This document shows, piece by piece, positions 45,119 to 59,249 of a DNA stretch of 64,000 nucleotides. A program made the translations under genes and the position numbers. The stretch is from NCBI RefSeq assembly GCF_009914755.1, contig NC_060942.1; one strand, 5' to 3'. This stretch comes from the human T2T-CHM13v2.0 reference genome, Homo sapiens. Numbering within the stretch: the stretch's first letter is position 1; the number at the start of each line of letters is the position of its first letter. The notes under the pieces are model-generated. The model was given only the letters and a program-made list of their open reading frames with translations. It had not been told where the DNA came from and did no database searches.

Positions 45119-45832
45119 AAAAGAGATAATAGAATAGCCTACGCTCAGCCCAGAGGTGGAAAGAAAGCAGGATTGACAGTGGCATGTGCCCATCTCTCTC
45201 TTTTGTTTTTTTTCCTCTCAATGCCAAATAACTAGGCCTCTCTTTCATGTTTAATCATAATAAACTGGGTTGAAATATGCAGGTGAGACAAAGGAGAAAT
45301 AAAATAAGGTATCAGAAAATTATTCAATGTCACCCAGCAGCCATTCCACATCAGCTTTCTAGTATTTTATATTTATAAACTTTTAATTCTTATTCAATCA
45401 ATAAATAACTATTTAGTCCTTTCTATGTGCCAGCATTGTTCTAAAAACTGGATTTATCAGTGAATAAAAGAGAAAAAGTCCTGCATTCACAGAGCATACA
45501 TTTCTAGTGGAAGGACACAGAGAAGCAAAAACTAATAAATGAGTACATTATACCGTATGTTACAAGGTAATACATGCTACAGGGAAAAACTCAGCAGCAT
45601 AACTGGGCTCAGCAGTGCAGGGGGCTGGGGTAATATCCAGGCTTAAATACGGTGGTCAGGTGATAGTGTTGAGGTGATAGTGAGTGAGTACTCAAAGGAG
45701 GTGAGGCAGGGAACCATATGTTATTTGGGGGGAATAACCTTCCAGTGCAAAGAATTGAAAATGGATCACATTTCTACTACATCTAAGAATTCTTTGCCTA
45801 ATCCTAAGTCACCTTAAAAAGTTTCACATGTT

Positions 45833-46155
<323 letters not shown>

Positions 46156-47294
46156 TTATATTTAGATCTATGATCCATTCTGAGTTAATTGGCATAAGGT
46201 GTGAGGTTTCAGTCAAGGTTTATGTTTTTGGTTATTGATGTCCAGTTGTTCCAGAATTATGTGCTGAAAAGGCTATCCTTCCTCTATCGACTTGCTTTTC
46301 CATCTCTGTCAACAATGAGGTGGAAATCTTTGTGCGAGTCTATCTCTGGCCTCTCTATTCTGCTACATGGACATACGTATGTGTCCCTCTGCCAGAACTA
46401 CACTTTCCTGACAACTGCAGCCATATCCTAAGTCTTAAAATGGGGCAGTGTAATCAGCCCTTGAAGGGTTTAAACAGAGTATACGGACTGACCCCATCTG
46501 ACTTTAAAATGTCACTCTATTATGGTGAGAATATGCTGTCGGGGGCAGGAGGGGACCACGCGAGAGAAGATGGAGGCTCCAACCAGGGGAGCAGCAGTAG
46601 ACATGGTAAAAAATTGGTGAGATTCTGACATTATGAAAGTTAGGCCCACAGAATGTCCTGGTGGACTGGATGTGGGTATGAGAGCAAGAGAAGAGAGGAG
46701 CACAACCCCCAGGCTTTTGGCCTGAGCAGCTGGGAGAATGGAACTGCCATCTGCTGAGATGGGGACATGCAGAGGGAGCAGGTGTGTTTCCCACGTTAGG
46801 GTGAGAAGCCTACTGGACATCTAACTGTGATGTAGCCTCAGGGATACAAGAGCCAGTTCAGGACAGAGGTCTTTCTGGCCAGGATGTGACAATCCAGGAT
46901 TCATTAGCACATTAAAGCCATGCTACTGTGTGAGCCTGCCAAAGCGGAAAAGCCCAGGCCCCAGGGGGGCCCTCCAATAAGGAGGTCGGACAGAAGAGAA
47001 GTGGGAAAAGGAGACAGGAGGTGGAGGGAGGAGGGAACCAGGAGAGGATGGCAACCCAGGAGGGTGAGCATCTATGTCAGAGTCTGCTGAGCCACTGTGT
47101 TGGAGAACTGAGAGCTGACACAAGGCACCCTGGGAGACCTTGGCAAGAGAAGCTGTGGTGAACAGGTGTGGTTTAAAAGGGAATGGAGGAGGTGGATTGG
47201 AGACCAGGCTTAACAACCCTTTCAGAGGCTTCTACTATTCAGGGGAGCAGAAAAATGAGGAAATCCTGGAGGGGGCAGAAGAGTCAAGGGAGGC

Positions 47295-47326
<32 letters not shown>

Positions 47327-47410
47327 TGTTTCAGGGGAGAAGGGAATATGTGTGTTTTTGCAGGAGAGGAGGGTGTGTGTGTGTGTGTGTGTGTTTTGCA
47401 GGAAAGGAGA
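47295..47410 (+). repeat. Compound (TG)n microsatellite
   Basis: TG runs separated by a repeated TTT(G)CAGGRRAG. Confidence 0.9.
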
Positions 47411-47764
47411 AAACAGCAGGAACACTGATGAGAATAACCCAGCAGGGTGTGGCCTGGAGGGGCCTGGTTTATACTGGGGAACATCGGGTGGCTTAGGGAA
47501 TGTCTGTGAGTGGGAAGGGGAACAGGATCTCAGGCACAGGTGGAGGCCCGGGCTCTGGGCAGGAAGAGACTGGAAAATGCAGACCAAAGTGCTCCCCTCA
47601 CCTTTAATTCTCCTCTTCCCTTCTACTGACTGCCTGGGAGCCTCCCTCGATGCCATTCTTGTGTTCCATGCTCTGAGACTATGTCACAATCCAGACTTTC
47701 ACAATACAGTCCCACTAGTTTCTAACTGTGCAATCCTCAGGGACAAAATCCCAGGCCAAGGCCT

Positions 47765-48069
47765 ACAGAGTAAGAAGAGATCACACTAGCATGTGCCGTG
47801 TGTGGAAAAAGGGGGTAAAATAAGATAGTCACAGAGCAGGGACTTGTGTCTGTTTCTCCACCAGGCTCTCCTCTTCCATCCTGGGAAGTTACTTTCTGGC
47901 ACCGGACAAGGGCCACAGAGTAAGAAGGGATCACACTAGTATGCACTGTGTATGGAAAAAGGGGGAAAAAAATAAGATAGTCACAGAGCAGGGGCTCGTA
48001 TCTGTTCCTCCACCAGGCTCTCCTCTTCCATCCCCGGAAGAGTGACTTCCTGGCACCGGACATGGGCCA
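47765..48069 (+). repeat. Tandem duplication, about 150-bp unit x2
   Basis: ACAGAGTAAGAAG at 47765 and 47915; both units end CTGGCACCGGACAWGGGCC. Confidence 0.95.
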
Positions 48070-49501
48070 GGTGCACAGCAGGCGGGCAGGCAGGAGCCCT
48101 CATCGCGTGGAAAAAGCAGCATATCACAGCCGGGAGGGTCTAACTGCTAGCAGAGGCACAAAACGGGATGGGACACCATGCTGAGACCTGAACAGGGCCA
48201 AGCCTGACACAGGGGAAACCAGGGCAAAGGTTTCAAGGTAAAAACAAGTTTGGCTTGTTTGAGAAACAAAGAGAAAGGGTCAATGTGATCAGGTGTGGGC
48301 ATTAGCAGGGAGGACACAGTGTTATTTGCTGAGGTGGGGGAGGTAGGTAAGGACCAGATCATTCAGAGCTTTCCAAACCAGGGCAAAGAGATACAATTTT
48401 ATTCTAAATGCAACAGGAAGCCATTGAAAGGAACTGAACAGAAAAAGGACAATCTGTTTCCAAAAGATCAAGTTTTTTTTGTGTGCTTCTCCTAGAAATC
48501 ACACTTTTCAATGCCATAAATAGCATTTATTACTCAAGCTGAAAACTCATAAAACCACCACCCATTTGATGGAACCAATGAAATCCTGAGAACTGACTGC
48601 CCAGTGGCCACCATGAGAGGTGGCAAAGATACAAGAGAGGCCACACCAGGGCATCTGCTCTCAGCTTGGAGGAGAAAGATATTCTAACCACCCTGCAACC
48701 AACCTCGTGGCACATGCAGAGGGGATATGGACCCGGAAGGGGAGGGCGAGAGATGAGCGGGACCCACTGAGGGATTTATCAGAGCAGGAACCTCCTCGGA
48801 TTTCCATTTAAACAATCCTTCCCAGGGCAGTCATTTAAGATGCCTTTCACCAAACAACACATGCCTCCTCACACATACCCACTACACGTGCAAACAATCT
48901 CTTTCCGAACCAAAACCACACCGATGATTCAGCCCCTGCCAGGTGAGAGCAGCATCTGGGTCACAAACAAACTGAGGCCGTGAAGACTCCACCCCGACTC
49001 CCTCTATTTAAAAATTCCTCTACAAGAAACAGGAATGGCTGTTTCCTTCACCTCCTAGAAGGCAACATAGTAAACTGACAACAGATGGAAAGAAAGGCAT
49101 ATTTTTGTCCATTAACTTTCCAAGGGTTTTGGCTTTGTTCAGATATTTGCATCACAAATTCCCTTTGCTTTCTCCCTGGTTCCTCCAGAGAACTCTCCAG
49201 TGATCAAGGTCTCCAGCAAATGACAGCAACTCTGTATCAGTGGGATGCACTTTTGCTTTTAAAGCTACGCTAGGTTCTCATCAATACTCCTTGGATCTCA
49301 AGCCTCAGCAACAGACTCAGCACTGAAGACACTGGGTCGCAGCGCCCGCAGCCTGGACTGAAGCCCTGGCTTTGCTCCTTATCGTCTGTGGGACTTGCTG
49401 AGCAAGCTGCAAAATCTCCCTAAGACATACCGTCTTACCTTTAAAAGGGAGGACACAATCACCACTGACCCCATAGGGTTGTTTTGAAGATTAAAAGCAC
49501 A

Positions 49502-49803
49502 GGCCGGGCGCAGTGGCTCACACCTGTAATCTTAGCACTTTGGGAGGCCGAGGCGAGTGGATCACTTGAGGTCAGGGGTTTGAGACCAACCTGACCAACA
49601 TGGTGAAACCTCATCTCTAATGAAAATACAAAATTAGTCAGCCTGGTGGTGCATGCCTGTAATCCCAGCTACTTGGGAGGCTGAGGCAAGAGAATCGCTT
49701 GAACTTGGGAGGTGGAAGGTTGCAGTGAGCCGAGATTGCACCATTGCACTCCAGCCTGGGCAACAACAGTGAAACTCCATCTCCAAAAAAAAAAAAAAAA
49801 AAA
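49502..49803 (+). mobile_element. Alu (S-like) inserted in a MIR-like element
   Basis: TSD AGATTAAAAGCACA. Confidence 0.95.
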
Positions 49804-50639
49804 AGAGAGATTAAAAGCACAAACGCAAAGAAGGTTTTATGTGCAAAAAGCACTTGGCACACTCCCTAGCACATACTGAATGTCCATAAACATTCAGCCA
49901 ACGTCCACTGCTATCACTTTTCTTATTAGCTCACTAGGGATTGTTGGGGAGGGGAGGATTAAAGAATAGCATTTACTTGGGGACGATTAATGAATGGCAT
50001 TTACTTAATTAACACTTTCTGAGGAAGACGAGGGAAAGAAGTCTGGATATATTTTGTGACCTGGCTAATTCTGGACACAGCTGCACAAAGCTTAATGAAT
50101 AGGTCTGCCAAGAACAAACAATAGCAGGCAGTGAAAGAAACAAGCTGCAAACTGACACTCCCCAGGCCCTCAACTACAGAAGAGTTCAAGTGATTCCATT
50201 TCAGACAGGCTCCCGTGCCCACCAGCCAGGCAGAGAGGACCCTTAACTGAGCCTAGAGGCTGTTAATCACCCCATCCCTTCCCTTAGGTCCACATCCCTT
50301 ATCCCTCGCCCCCTCCAGAGCCTCCCCAGCGTCAGTGCTGGTTCAGATGCCATCATTTTGGCATGGGCCTGCTAGAGACAGAATTCTACGGATGTAAGAA
50401 AGTAACTTCTTGCCATCATCCACAGAGCCGTCAGCTCTAAGCCAACAGGCAGCACAGGCCAGATTCTATTCAACAGCAAGAACGGAGCTGTCCCCACCCA
50501 ATCTTCAGCTCACCCTCCCGGTCCCCATGTTGGAACTCAGTAAAAGGCACAGATACCCAGTTACTATATACACTCAAGACTATGTTCCCAAGAAAACTAG
50601 GTCCAAGGGTAATAGGAAAGGAAGCACACTTGATTAAAA

Positions 50640-50819
50640 TGTTCTGTTTTTCAGAATTAAGGGCAATGAATTTCAACACCCATACTCTGTTCCTCTATCC
50701 CCAAGCCTTGGAAAGCACTGGTCTATGCAATGTAGGCAGCCATGTTCAAAGGAAAATAACAAAGAGCAAGTCCCTACAACAAAACCTGCTAGAAAGGACA
50801 CTCTTGAGACTCCAGAAAT
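50640..50819 (+). repeat. Local direct duplication, copy A (partner 52900-53080)
   Basis: AATTAAGGGCAATGAATTTCA...AAAACCTGCTAGAAAGGACAC shared. Confidence 0.95.
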
Positions 50820-51142
50820 GGCTCTGAGCCTGCTACTCAGTTTCCCATGTAGTCAGCTGCTGCCTCCGGTCACTTTTCTGATGCTTTGAGCCTTCAGACA
50901 ATGAAATTCTTTCATAGAATAGACAAGGTATTACTTGCCACAGCTTCACTTTTAAGAGAATTTATAAGCTAAAGGGGATAAAAAATTATTCCATACATTT
51001 CCCTTTTTAACAGAAGTACACAGCCAAATTCAGGAAGGGAGGTGAATGAGGCGCAACCAAGTTCCTCCACTCCTAAGAACCGAGAAATGCACACACTGGT
51101 GTGCCACCCCAGGGTGCTCTGGTAACATCCATCAAAATTTAG

Positions 51143-51417
51143 AGTGGCTCATGCCTGTAATCCCAGCACTCTGGGAGGCCAAAGGGGGCAGATCACTTGA
51201 GCCTAGGAGTTCGAGACCAGCCTGGGCAACAAGAGACTACATTTCTACAAAAAATACAAAAATTAGCTGGGCATGGTGGCTCATGCCTGTGGTCCCAGCT
51301 ATTCCAGAGGGAGGACTGGTTGAGCCCAGGAGGTCAAGGCTGCAGTGAGCTGAGATCACACCACGGCCTGGGCAACACAGCAAGACCCCATCTCAAAAAA
51401 AAAAAAAAAAAAAAAAG
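51143..51417 (+). mobile_element. Alu (J-like, slightly 5'-truncated)
   Basis: Alu body with A tail. Confidence 0.92.
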
Positions 51418-52899
51418 TAGAAGTGTACATCCTTTCACCCAAGAATCCCACTTACAAAGATCTACCATAAGGAGGTAATTGCAGGTGGGAACCTAAAAAC
51501 ATGGAAGGAAAGAGGATTCCGTATATTAGGATCCCTCTATACAATAAGGAGGCAGCCTGGGAACAGGAGTTACTGAAATTCAGGACTGGTCCCTCAACAC
51601 CTAGTTTAGTGGGGAAAAAGGGAGATTACAGAGCAGCATGCAGAGCACATTTCCATGGATGTAAAGCACATCCACGAGCAAGGTGTTGTAGTAGTGAGTG
51701 TGCAAACTGCTCAAGCTGGCCACCTTCGGGGAGCAGAGCTCCAGGCAGCTTTGAGTTTCTTCTTTGCAGTTTTCCACACTGTCCACTTCCTTAACATGAT
51801 CATGTATTATTTTCCCCTTACACAATAAAGTTGTATGTTTAAAAGCTCCTGAAATGGGATGATTTCCAATCTTGCAAAGCACACATTCCTGAACAATTAT
51901 ATTTCATGTGAATATTTGTATTTTGAGTCATTTTGTTTACTAGTTAACACTATAATTCCTGAGATATGTTCCTACTAAATGGACCTTCCACATAAAAACA
52001 ATTTATTTTAAAATTTTAATTCAATCAAAATATAGTCACTTAAATGCCTTCTCTACATATTTTTTCCAGTGTTCTCACATATATCATTTCTCCCAATGCA
52101 GATGGCAGTGACAGAATAGTTCCCACTTCAGAACAAGGAAAGTGACTGAAAGAAATACCTGACTTGCCCAAGGTCACCTCCATGATATGTCTAAGACCAG
52201 GTCTAGTTTTCCTAACCCCAGCCCAGTGCTTTCCCATGAATGCCCAGCGGGACAGGGTTGTTCAGACTCCACTCAACTACAAAGGCACTTATCAGCCATC
52301 TTCACCAGGAGGACTTTTCAGAATACCAGACATTCACATTCAGTAAAATTGTGCATGTTATTTATTCCTTGATTGACCAAAGCCGGCTTGCATGTGTTTT
52401 CCCTTCCTTATTTACAATTTTCATCAACCTTTAAGATAATCAAAAAGCAAAAGTTAATTTGCTGTTTCTTTACTGTTTTCTTTACTGTTTCAAAACAAAG
52501 TTGCCTCTTGGAACCTCTTTTCAAAAGTAGCAACAGGTTACCAAAAAATATAGAGATATATATAGAAATATACAAAAGCCTCACGGGTTCACATTCCCCA
52601 GGTGGCCTTCTAAGATGTGGTTTTACTACCACTTTACCCAAGATGCCTAAGCCACCAACACTACCAACAATAACTTTATATTTCCCTTCTACAGACTCTG
52701 TAATTTCTAAGTTTTATTTACCTAACGGTATATATTAAATAATAATAATGTTCCCATTTTACATGCATCAAAGGCATATTTGCCAACTGCAGCCTTTAGT
52801 AGCATGAGATTCAGAATACTATCAAATTTTCTTGCAAAAAGCAAAGGCATTTAGTATTTTAGCCCTAAATATGGTAGCTTTAACAAGGGTAAAGATACG

Positions 52900-53080
52900 T
52901 GTTCTATGTTTTTCAAAATTAAGGGCAATGAATTTCAGCACCCATACTCTCTTCCTCGATTCCCAAGCCTTAGAACCACTGGTCTACGCAACATAGGCAG
53001 CCATGTTCAATGGAAAATAACAAAGAGCAAGTCCCTACAATAAAACCTGCTAGAAAGGACACTTTTAAGACTCCAAAAAT
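52900..53080 (+). repeat. Local direct duplication, copy B
   Basis: Aligns by eye along about 180 bp with 50640-50819. Confidence 0.95.
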
Positions 53081-54954
53081 CAAAGTGAGTCAGGAGCCAA
53101 TAGCTTCTATGAGGCAGAATGCTGTAAAGAACATTTAAGGCTCAGGTCCAAGACTATCAGAATCCCAGGAACACTAGAAAATGTTCTACAGAAGCAAGTT
53201 TCCATTTTTATGATGTAAAGGGAGAGGAGACAACTTCACAAAAAGACATTCTGCTTTATAAAATTTTCCAGGACAGTATCTATTTCACGAATCAAACACC
53301 CACTGACTTGAACCAAAAGCAACAGCTAATGGAAGTGTTGTTAATTACAGGATACCTTTCTCTCTCCCCTCCACAGCTCTTTTAAAAACTGAATAGATGC
53401 TGCTGCCCAAATCACAGAAAGGGAAATGCAAACATTTCTCCCCCTGGTCCTAAATGCCTAAGTTTTCATTTCAAATAACTGTCCCTTAAAGTTCTATGAT
53501 CAAGCAAAGACTCAATTTCACAAATATAAACTCAAAAACTAGAACTCAGGATTGAAAAAAAAATCTAGTTCAAAATATGTAGGCAATAAAGCTCAAAATC
53601 TTTTAAGTATCAGACAGTAACTAAGCACCTGCTGCTATGTCGACTGCCATTAATAATAAGCCAGTCTTCCCTCTTAGGTTTCTACCCCTCCGCCTAAACA
53701 ACAAAAACAGCTTTAGTGGCCATTATTTCAGGAGGTCGGAGCACATGCTGCACCTGTGAGCTTCAACCTGTGTTCTTGGCTTGTACCTGCCAGCAGAGCA
53801 GGATCCCTCCACCATCTCACCACACACCTTCTCAACATGAACACGGACATGCACATAAATCTAGGACATTCTGAAAGAAGGGGAAATACTCAGCCATGAG
53901 AAATCCTGTCCATACGGATGGGGGATCTCACAGTAAACAAAGGTCTAGCCCATAATGACTGAAAGTTCATTTGAGAGTTAGAAGGAGAAGATAAATCTTT
54001 CCTATTTAGGTAAATTAGGTGAGATAAAATATTTGTTAGTTAACACACAAAGGCTTCATGAAATTCTGGAGCCTTTCAACAATAGAAGACAGGAAAGAGG
54101 ATCGGGCAAGCGGGGAAGAGAGACAGAGACATTCTGCACTCATTTCTGTTTTAAAAGTACGTTTCAGACAAACAGACTAGCCTCATAACAAACTACCTGG
54201 CAGGGCAGTGTGCTGAAGAGCTCTGAGCGAGTGAGCTTATTGGAGATATAACCCCAGGAGCACAGGAAGTCACCTGCAAGGAATCCTGGCTAGAGTCTCA
54301 GATAGAACCCAGAGAGAGGCTCCCAGAGGCTTTGCCGGGGGCTAGGAAGCCAATGACCAGGACATGCAATAAGCAAGAGATGGTCACAGAAAGTCAAAGC
54401 AAATAATAAAGACGGCAAATGGAAAAACACGTCCATAAGAGGTCGAATCGGGAGGTGCCCAGAGGTCAGACACAATCCAGTGAAAGGCTAAGTGGCCTTG
54501 CTTGTTCCCAGAACCACATGTTGGCAGACAGTGGAGGCAGAAACGCATGCAGTTCTCGCAATGCCTGAAGATCCCTCCAACCTCTTAAAGTCAACAGGAC
54601 CAAAACCAAACTAACTCCTTGTGTTTCTCCCAGACCCCAGCCTCCTCACTCACGCCATCCTCCTAGCCGTTCCAGGGGTCAGCCACCCTCTTGTTCATTT
54701 TATTTGAGATGCATTCTCCACAAAAACTTTGAGTAAGAAAAAATAAAGAAATTTGTTTTCAGCTAATTTACCCACTCAAGAGCTTGCTCTCATCTCTCAG
54801 TTTTTCTCGGAAAATTTTTTGCACAATCCCTCCTTTCCTGACTCACAGGAATGAAATGTGAAAGTAAATAGTTTTGAGTACATTTTAACAATAATCTTCA
54901 CTTCCCTATTATCGTCTCTGAAAATCTACCCCTAAAGTCATGCACAGTAACCTT

Positions 54955-55487
<533 letters not shown>

Positions 55488-55720
55488 TTTAGGAGAAGAC
55501 AAGAAAAGAAGAAAATGCTTCATAATATAAAATATCCTAATATTCTCTTATGCTACTTCTTCTATAAGCACAAATAGACAAAGCACACACTGTATCTTAA
55601 AATTCCACATTTAGAGTTAATGAGAATTGATGTTATATGACAAGATCTGCAGCCGGGCAGGAGGGAGAGGACAGGTCAGCTCTGATTTCCCAACATAAAC
55701 CCCTCCTTACTAAATGGTAA

Positions 55721-56108
<388 letters not shown>

Positions 56109-56887
56109 TAAAACAGGCCTTTTGATTTTAACATTTTCTGCAAAAACAAAGTCCTCTGATATAAACTGTGATCCAGCTCAGACCAGGCATCTATTTTTGT
56201 CCCCTGCTCCCCGACTATGTAAAAAATTCCCATCACTAAACCTTCTCATTATTGGGAGGGGGCGTGAGCATGCGTTAAGATTTATGATTGAGACTCCCCC
56301 AAAAGTAGTAAAACACTTCCAGAGGATCTAAGACAATCACCAAAAGCGCCCCTTAGCGTGTGCGGCAAAAATTATAACCGAATGCAAAGAATCTTATCAA
56401 AGGAATGTCTTCAAGTTAACCAACGTTTCCTATTACACCTTCCAAAGCTGTTAGGGGCGAGTCCCACGCAGAACGTCCGCTGCTCTGCCTGGCCTCTGTG
56501 TTCTTGCTCCAGCCACACACCGCGGTCTCAGGAGTCAAGCACGGCACCTGGCTGCCAAGGCGTGACTGGAAAAGGTTAATTAACACCGAGCCTCTTCCAG
56601 GTGAACGCGAACGCGAGTGGGTGTGGACCGCAAGGTCGGCCAGTGGCTGCCGCGGGAAGCGCAGGCCCGGACCACACCCGACCTCCGCACTTGGGGTCCC
56701 CTCCGGCGGGATCCGCAGCTCTCGGGGTGGGTGGTCTCCAGCCGGCCACTGCGGGAATGCCGCCGGTCCTGGAAGGACACCCTTCTATTCAAACTCAAGG
56801 GAGAAAGGGATCATTTAAATCCCCCGCATGGCTGCGCGCTATCCCCGGAAGGCTGCTCCAGCACCACCTAGCGAGGATGCCGCCGCG

Positions 56888-57213
56888 CAGGGCGCTCCCA
56901 GGTGTGCACGCGCAGGTGTACGGATTCGGGGAGCGCTCCCAGGTGTACACGCGCAGGTGTGCGGACTCAGGGAGCGCTCCCAGGTGTGCACGCGCAGGTG
57001 TGCGGACTCGAGGAGAGCGCCCAGGTGTACACTAGCAGGTGTGCGGACTCGGGGAGCGCTCCCAGGTGTGAGCGCGCAGGTGTGCGGACTTGGGGCGGTG
57101 GGGGGCGCCCAGGCTTGCACGCGCAGGTGTGCGGACTCGGAAGCGCGCCCAGGCGTACACGCGCAGGTGAGCGAACTCGGGGGGCGCGCCTAGGCGTAGG
57201 TATGCGGACTCCG
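56888..57213 (+). repeat. GC-rich minisatellite, about 41-bp unit x about 8 (GGGGAGCGCTCCCAGGTGTRCACGCGCAGGTGTGCGGACTC)
   Basis: Equivalent positions recur at 56899, 56940, 56981, 57022, 57063, 57110, 57150, 57191. Confidence 0.95.
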
Positions 57214-57284
57214 GGCCGCGAAAGACAGGTCATGCCAGTGAACCCCCAAACCCGGCCCACGCTCCCTGCGCCCCAAGCCGCTCA

Positions 57285-57488
<204 letters not shown>

Positions 57489-58638
57489 TCAGCCAGCTCC
57501 ACCCGGGACATTCCCCGCGCCGGGAACCCCACTGGGGGCTGGGCGGCCGGCTCAGGGGCGGGGCGCAGTAGAAGGGCCTCCGACGGTTGGCCATCATCCT
57601 TGTCACTCAAAAGTCCCCGCCTTCGGTCGACCCCCTCCGCCTGCCCAAGCGTGGTCCCGCCCAGTATGCGGGTGTTAATTGGCTGCCGGAGGTGCCCTTC
57701 ACAATCTCCCGGCTGCCGCAGCGCGCGGAGAGCGTGACAGGACTCCACGGAGTCTGCGCGGAAGGGCGGGACTAACTGTGGCGAGGGCTGAGGTGGGAGG
57801 TCGGGGGCGTCCCCGCGGGTTAAGCGTGCAAGAGAGCGAGGTGCACCAGCGGGCATGGATGGCCTGTGCAGAGTCCAGTCTTGTGAGGGCGGCGAACTAG
57901 GCAGCGAATCGCGGGAGTTTCCTATTGGCAGCAGTCCGAGTCCCAGACGTTAATTTGTAACAAAAGTAGCGATGGCCAAGCCCATAAAGGGGGCATCTCG
58001 GAAAGCCGTTCGCATGCACGGAAGAGATGAAAGCCCCGTGCGCGCTAGAAAACGGTTTCGCAACTCACTTCGGGAAGCAAATGCGCTGCCCCCCAAAACA
58101 TAAAGTTGGCGAACTGTGCCTGACCCCGCTGGGGTTTTGGAATGCCTCGTCCTCACAGGAAAAAAATCCAGGGAAATCATCTTTTCCTTAAAAAGCAAAA
58201 GTGTCCAAATTATTTCTGTGACTGAAGTAGTTTGTCTGCGGTTGGCCAGTGACATGGCAAGGCCTTGTTTGTGCATTTAAGGTAAATCAGATTCTCTTCT
58301 AGGAGTCTGGAAGAGAACTTCCCCAAAGGGCACCCTCTTTCCCTTCTGACACAGAGGAAATACCACATATAAAGAGCTACAAATGTTTGAAGGAGAAAAA
58401 AAATAAAGAAAAATTCCAGCATGTTAAAATTTGATATTTTATGTAGGCCCTTTTCAGCAATGGTAGTTAATTCCAAAAAGAACCACACGAGAGGTTTCAC
58501 ATGTGGGGTCATCCATCCTTCCAGGGATGCAGAAGGTTCCTACACATACTAGGTGTCTGATGAATGTGAGCTCCCTTCCCCCTGCTTACCTCCTCCATAG
58601 GAATGCATGCCTATCCAGAAAAACACAAAACACACGCA

Positions 58639-58779
58639 TGTCAGGCCTCTGAGCCCAAGCCTGCACATATACATCCAGATGGCCTGAAGCAACTGAAGAA
58701 TCACAAAAGAAGTGAAAATGCTGAAGCAACTGAAGAATCACAAAAGAAGTGAAAATGGCCGGTTCCTGCCTTAACTGAT
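58639..58779 (+). mobile_element. HERV-H 5' LTR (LTR7-family), truncated to about 140 bp, with an internal 37-bp tandem duplication
   Basis: Starts TGTCAGGCCTCTGAGCCCAAGC; CTGAAGCAACTGAAGAATCACAAAAGAAGTGAAAATG x2 (58684-58757); breaks off after CCTTAACTGAT. Confidence 0.9.
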
Positions 58780-59249
58780 AAGACAGTCACCTGTCCTCCT
58801 GCTCTTTGCTCTGTGAGAAAGATCCACCTACAACCTCGGGTCCTCAGACCAACCAGCTCCAGGAACATCTCACCAATTTTAAATTGGGTAAGCAGCTTCT
58901 TTTTACTCTCTTCTCCAACCTCTCTCACTATCTCTCAACCTCTTTCTCCTTTCAATTTTGGCACCACCCTTCAATCTATCCCTTCCCTTAATTTCAGTTC
59001 CTTTCCTTTTCTGATAGAGACAGAGGAGATGTGTTTTATCCGTGAACCCAAAACTCCGGCACTGGTCACGGACTCGAGAAGACAGTCTTCCCTTGGTGTT
59101 TAATCACTGCAGGGATGCCTGCCTGATTATTCACCCACATTTCAGAGGTGTCTGATCACCACAGGGACACCTGCCTTGATCCTTCACCTTGGTGTCAAGT
59201 ACCGACCCCCCCTGTGTCTCTGCCCTCTCTTTTCTCTGGGCTTGCCTCC

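Noticed and set aside
56888-57213. CRISPR-like appearance of regularly spaced repeats (also 15745-15918)
   Set aside because: Units are contiguous with no unique spacers, there are no cas genes, and the context is eukaryotic; these are minisatellites
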